Source of the DNA: a virus
Length of the DNA: 64,000 nucleotides
Virus record (IMG/VR): IMGVR_UViG_3300045146_000214
Span: 17,447 to 81,446 of that record
Strand: one strand, 5' to 3'
A program made the translations under genes and the position numbers. Under the pieces are notes generated by a model, which did no database searches, had not been told where the DNA came from, and saw only the letters and a program-made list of their open reading frames with translations. Below are positions 60,261-64,000 of this stretch, in pieces; the first letter of the stretch is position 1, and the number at the start of each line of letters is the position of its first letter.

Positions 60261-60584
60261 ATGAGTATACGAGTTAAATACTTAATCAAGGCCAACACAC
60301 TGATGCTCATTGCATTCGGTGCGATACTACCACTCGCTCTCAACGCCTTTGGTGTAGATGTGCCGCTGCCAACCGCTGACGAACTGGGCCGTTGGCCTGC
60401 GGCTACGTTGCTTGGTGCAGTCTCAATTTCGTCCATGTGGTTTGCCTATCGCACGTGGACGAATAGTATGAAAGCACAAATTGAAACTGCAAAAGCACTG
60501 ACACTCCTTAGTCAACGTCCTTGTATGAAAGACATACGAGAGGCAGATTACAGACGAATAAAGACAAAACAATGGAGTGGGTAA
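60261..60584 (+). CDS. Holin-like membrane protein
   Basis: Two hydrophobic segments then LTLLSQRPC; GC-rich like the upstream fibre; ATG after AAGGGA. Confidence 0.5.
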   Translation: MSIRVKYLIKANTLMLIAFGAILPLALNAFGVDVPLPTADELGRWPAATLLGAVSISSMWFAYRTWTNSMKAQIETAKALTLLSQRPCMKDIREADYRRIKTKQWSG

Positions 60585-61180
60585 GAAACTCTATTCGTGG
60601 TGTAATTGAGGGCAGATATAAAGAATATGATGATAAAGTAATAATAGACAAATCTAGAGAGTGGCCTTTGCACTCTCTATTGCTGCGAGACCTATACCCT
60701 CAAGCATCAATATTATTATGTGTTAGAGATTTAGTTGATGTGTTTGACAGTATTGAACGAAGAGAAAGGGACACCGCCTGTTTAACGCAAGCGCAAAAAC
60801 CATATGATTTATGTATTGGTAATCGTGCTGAAGCTATGATTGGCCCAGAAGGTATTATCGGTTCTCCTTTAGTTGGGATTCAAGACATGTTAAGACGTAA
60901 ACAGTCTTTTGAGGTTGTCAGATACGAAGATATGTGTGATGCCCCCGATATTGTAATGCGCAAAGTAGATAAGGCATTAGGGCTGGAATCATTCTCATAT
61001 GATTTTGATAACATTCAAAACACTAGCGATGATGCTGATGGTTTATATCTTTGGAAATACCCTCATAGCGGTTGTGGTAAAGTTAAAAGAGAGAAAAAGG
61101 AATATTGTTTCACAAAAGACATTGAACTTCGCATAAAAGAAGTTCATGGGTGGTATTATAAGCAATTCTACGGATCATAA
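60521..61180 (+). pseudogene. Sulfotransferase-family gene lacking its N-terminal PAPS-binding loop
   Basis: IIDKSREW, ILLCVRDLVDVFDSIER (3'-PB), VRYEDMC..P..VM..V...LG....YDFDNI present; no PRSG(T/S)T-type 5'-PSB loop seen upstream. Confidence 0.6.
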
Positions 61181-61186
61181 TAAAAT

Positions 61187-61921
61187 ATGACAAAATACAA
61201 AGGTTGGCTACCAGATATACCTGACTTTCGAGATTATATTTATTCTTCTCGTGCAGTTGTTGTATCAGAGGTAATTGACTTGCGCTCGGTTTGCTCTACC
61301 ATTGAACACCAGATGTCAATCGGAAGCTGTACAGCACAAGCAATTGTTGGCATGTTAGAATGCATTGAAAACAGTAAACGTAAATCATATACTGACTTAT
61401 CTCGTCTGTTTGTGTACTACTATGAGCGTGAAATAGAGGGGACAATACATTATGACAGTGGTGCTTATTTGCGCGATGGTATCAAAGTTCTCAAAAACAA
61501 AGGTGTCTGCGATGAAGTTCTTTGGCCATATGATATTAACCGTTATAAGGAATGCCCACCAATTGAATGTACAATGAATGCGCAAAGACGTAAAATTACA
61601 CAATATATGCGCATTACTAACTTAAACGATAAGTTACAATGTTTAGCAGAAGGATTTCCATTTGTGTTTGGTGCAGCGTTATATTCTTCTTTTGATACTG
61701 ACATCACAAAGAAAACTGGTGTTATCCCTATGCCACAACGAAGTGAAGAGTTTTTAGGAGGTCATGCCATGTGTTGTGTTGGTGCAGATATGATAAAAAG
61801 GAATTTCATTATACGCAACTCATGGGGTAAGGATTGGGGCGATAATGGTTATTGTTATATGCCTTTCGATTATTTAAATAACGACAATTTAAGTAATGAC
61901 TTTTGGACAATACGATCATGA
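61187..61921 (+). CDS. Papain-family C1 cysteine peptidase (xylellain-like)
   Basis: GWLPDIPDFRD, QMSIGSCTAQA, LSRLFVYY.ER, GGHAMCCVG, IIRNSWGKDWGDNGY. Confidence 0.92.
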   Translation: MTKYKGWLPDIPDFRDYIYSSRAVVVSEVIDLRSVCSTIEHQMSIGSCTAQAIVGMLECIENSKRKSYTDLSRLFVYYYEREIEGTIHYDSGAYLRDGIKVLKNKGVCDEVLWPYDINRYKECPPIECTMNAQRRKITQYMRITNLNDKLQCLAEGFPFVFGAALYSSFDTDITKKTGVIPMPQRSEEFLGGHAMCCVGADMIKRNFIIRNSWGKDWGDNGYCYMPFDYLNNDNLSNDFWTIRS

Positions 61922-62502
61922 AAAAACTTTACGCAATCTGGTCAGCCATTTTAACATGGTTCGGTGACTTGTATTTAGCTACCAGTCCACCTAAAATAAA
62001 AGCCAAAGATTTACGTGCAATGCTATCACTGGTTGAAGCTGGTGATATTCTTTTAAGAAGGTATAAGTCATATTTGGACGGATATTTTATACCTGGGCGT
62101 TATTCACATAGTTCTATTGTGGTGGATAAAAACAGTGTAGTTCATGCGGCTGCGGAAAGTGTAGAAAAAATTGACATACTTGATTTCTGCTTGCATACTG
62201 ATGGGTTCTGCATATTGCGCCCCAAATATTTGAACAGTAATTTTGCAGAACAAGTCGTCCGAACAGCAATAAATCTAGTTGGTCGGCCATATGATTTTGC
62301 GTTTAATTCATATGACACATCGGCGTTATATTGTCATGAGCTTACCAATACAAGTTTGTCAGCAGTTGGATTAAGCGTTTCTCCCAAGCGTAGAAAGGTG
62401 GCTTTGTTTGTGCATCGAAATGTTATTATTGCAGATGACTTTCTCAATAACTTCGATATCGTGTATGAAACAGATGTAAAGAGAATACGAAAAGCACTAT
62501 GA
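61918..62502 (+). CDS. Permuted papain-like NlpC/P60 amidase (YiiX/YaeF, C92-like)
   Basis: GDILLRR, IPGRYSHSSI, VVHA, GRPYDFAF, LYCHEL; ATGA overlap at 61918. Confidence 0.85.
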   Translation: MKKLYAIWSAILTWFGDLYLATSPPKIKAKDLRAMLSLVEAGDILLRRYKSYLDGYFIPGRYSHSSIVVDKNSVVHAAAESVEKIDILDFCLHTDGFCILRPKYLNSNFAEQVVRTAINLVGRPYDFAFNSYDTSALYCHELTNTSLSAVGLSVSPKRRKVALFVHRNVIIADDFLNNFDIVYETDVKRIRKAL

Positions 62503-63704
62503 AAGTAAATCAGTTAATAGAAACTCCTGATGTGTTTAGACATGTTTCTTATGATGATGGCAATACTATTACATTTTCTTACAGTAATTCGAGTGCAAAA
62601 TATGCCGCATTTGCCTTTTGTTCTTTATCCGGCAATAATCGTTACTTTCTTTTTCGTGGTGATGAGGTAATACTTGATTATGTTCTACAGCCGTTACCAG
62701 AAGAAGGAACATGTTCAATGATGAAAGATTTGGTAAAGAGATATGCAACACATGATACGTTGACGCAGCGGTTTGACACTATTTTCTGCAATTATCTGTA
62801 TAATCCAGAAGTGCGCAACAAAGAAAATGGTTATATAACATATGCGCTGAATACAGATGAACAAGAACGGTTTAATACATTAAACTTTAAGCGTTGGCGT
62901 TTTTCTGGTAGAGTTTTTGTAGGTGAACAAACCATATCATTGTGGGGAGTATTGAAAAACAGTGAAATGCAGGACTTGTCGCAAAAGATGTCCACAATAG
63001 CAAAGCGTATGGGATTTTACTACGATGAGAAAACTTGGTTTGTTGAAATGCCCCGTACAACAGTTGAATGTAGTAATACTTCGCCAAAAGGATGTTATGA
63101 CAATTATGCCAACTATGGTAATATGGTGATAACTGTTGCCAAGGCTCTTCGAACATTAGTAAACGAGTCGCCAGATAGATGCAAGGGAGTTAGGTATTTT
63201 AATTTTAATAATATTACTTTTACATTTTTAGGTAGTTATGGATTTTTTGTAAAAGCGGAAGATTTTGGAGAGGCAGTAAAATTCGTCATTATTAATGGTA
63301 AAAATATACTTTTTAATGACATAATTAATATAAGTGTGGAATTTGATGGCGTAGTGCATGGTGTTTTGGGATCTTTATATCAACATGTTGCTAAAAAATT
63401 GAAAATTAGTCTTAGCGATAAACGTAAAATAAAAAATGCTTTTGATTACGTAGATAATGATTGTTGTGATGAAAGTGGCGATATTGGGAAAGGAAGAGTG
63501 TTCCCTACTCGCAAGACAATATCGTTTTGGAGCAAAAAACAATATAAAAGTTTTGTTGGTAGAATTGTTATGGTTTGTAATAAATGTTTTGGAACAACTA
63601 TTGATAAAACATGGCAAATAGAAATACCTGATAAATTCGCCGACATTGCCGCCGATAGATTTAATTCCGAGAAAGGAGAGGGAAAGTTTCTGCCTCTTAA
63701 CTAA
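62499..63704 (+). CDS. Hypothetical protein made of two copies of the domain found at the N-terminus of the CCA-enzyme fusion
   Basis: LIETPD...NTITF...THD...GRVF..EQTISLW...WFVEMP and LVNESPD...NNITF...VHG...GRVF..RKTISFW...WQIEIP. Confidence 0.75.
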   Translation: MKVNQLIETPDVFRHVSYDDGNTITFSYSNSSAKYAAFAFCSLSGNNRYFLFRGDEVILDYVLQPLPEEGTCSMMKDLVKRYATHDTLTQRFDTIFCNYLYNPEVRNKENGYITYALNTDEQERFNTLNFKRWRFSGRVFVGEQTISLWGVLKNSEMQDLSQKMSTIAKRMGFYYDEKTWFVEMPRTTVECSNTSPKGCYDNYANYGNMVITVAKALRTLVNESPDRCKGVRYFNFNNITFTFLGSYGFFVKAEDFGEAVKFVIINGKNILFNDIINISVEFDGVVHGVLGSLYQHVAKKLKISLSDKRKIKNAFDYVDNDCCDESGDIGKGRVFPTRKTISFWSKKQYKSFVGRIVMVCNKCFGTTIDKTWQIEIPDKFADIAADRFNSEKGEGKFLPLN

Positions 63705-63712
63705 TGTTCATT

Positions 63713-63721
63713 TCGTATATT
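63713..63721 (+). promoter_or_regulatory. Candidate late promoter motif TCGTATATT
   Basis: Intergenic copy ~25 nt upstream of the ATG at 63747. Confidence 0.5.
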
Positions 63722-63746
63722 GATTGTAACTTTTAGGAACTTATTC

Positions 63747-64000
63747 ATGAAGAAATACATTTTGATATTACTGGTAACGCCGATACTGTGTGCATCAGTG
63801 TGGACAACAATCATTGATCCAAACTTGCCAATTACAATTATCAACAATAGCACCAATATGACAGTTACGATTGGCACGATGACGTTTCTACCAAATTCTA
63901 CTAATGACTTAGGCAGAACATATTCGCGTGAAGAGATAAATTTAAATATTCGCTATATTTACAACAGAATTCTTTCTGGAGGAGTTTTAACCAATAGTGT
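63747..64000 (+). CDS. Exported protein with signal peptide, partial (runs off the window)
   Basis: Manual translation MKKYILILLVTPILCASVWTTIIDPNLPITIINNSTNMTVTIGTMTF...; AGGA RBS. Confidence 0.6.
   Translation, partial: MKKYILILLVTPILCASVWTTIIDPNLPITIINNSTNMTVTIGTMTFLPNSTNDLGRTYSREEINLNIRYIYNRILSGGVLTNS

Noticed and set aside
84-63646. Numerous short antisense or overlapping ORFs in the ORF track (e.g. 12576-12914, 17031-17549, 39226-39660, 58451-58849)
   Set aside because: Shadows of longer genes, or crossing a regulatory region, with no motifs or RBS
1-64000. Stop-codon reassignment
   Set aside because: The standard code gives near-complete coding density, including a 3870-aa ORF, and TAA, TAG and TGA all terminate genes
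1-64000. tRNA or rRNA genes and Rho-independent terminators
   Set aside because: Intergenic gaps are short and AT-rich; no cloverleaf or GC-stem plus U-tract was seen by eye (tRNAscan not run)

Overview
AT-rich (roughly one-third GC) segment of a large T4-like/jumbo myophage, or an equivalent proviral contig, read in the standard genetic code. The left arm (1-12309, minus strand) is a replication/recombination module: partial DnaB/gp41-like helicase, gp55-like late sigma factor, Holliday junction resolvase, C5 DNA methyltransferase, gp46/gp47 (SbcCD-like), GroES, UvsX/RecA, a B12-type radical SAM enzyme, gp32-like SSB, UvsY and UvsW. The strand switch (12310-12659) holds a perfect sigma70 promoter and a TACAGAG tandem array bracketed by 32-bp inverted repeats (origin-like). 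The right arm (plus strand) carries a 1014-aa fusion ending in a CCA-adding/HD enzyme, a polynucleotide kinase, and a contractile-tail/baseplate module (hub chaperones, tape measure, hub, tube initiator, gp53, spike, gp25, 1633-aa gp6, 3870-aa gp7-like). It then carries a cluster of fibre-like proteins that unexpectedly begin with Sec-type signal peptides, an ART-like protein, three cysteine proteases, holin-like membrane proteins and a truncated sulfotransferase next to a GC-rich imported fibre cassette. Best novelty candidates: (i) exported, [ST]N-rich tail-fibre/decoration proteins; (ii) putative capsid-packaged, protease-processed polyproteins, including a tRNA-repair enzyme and an uncharacterised domain present four times; (iii) a non-T4 late promoter motif TCGTATATT; (iv) the origin-like element. 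All product calls come from motif recognition by eye; no database searches were run.
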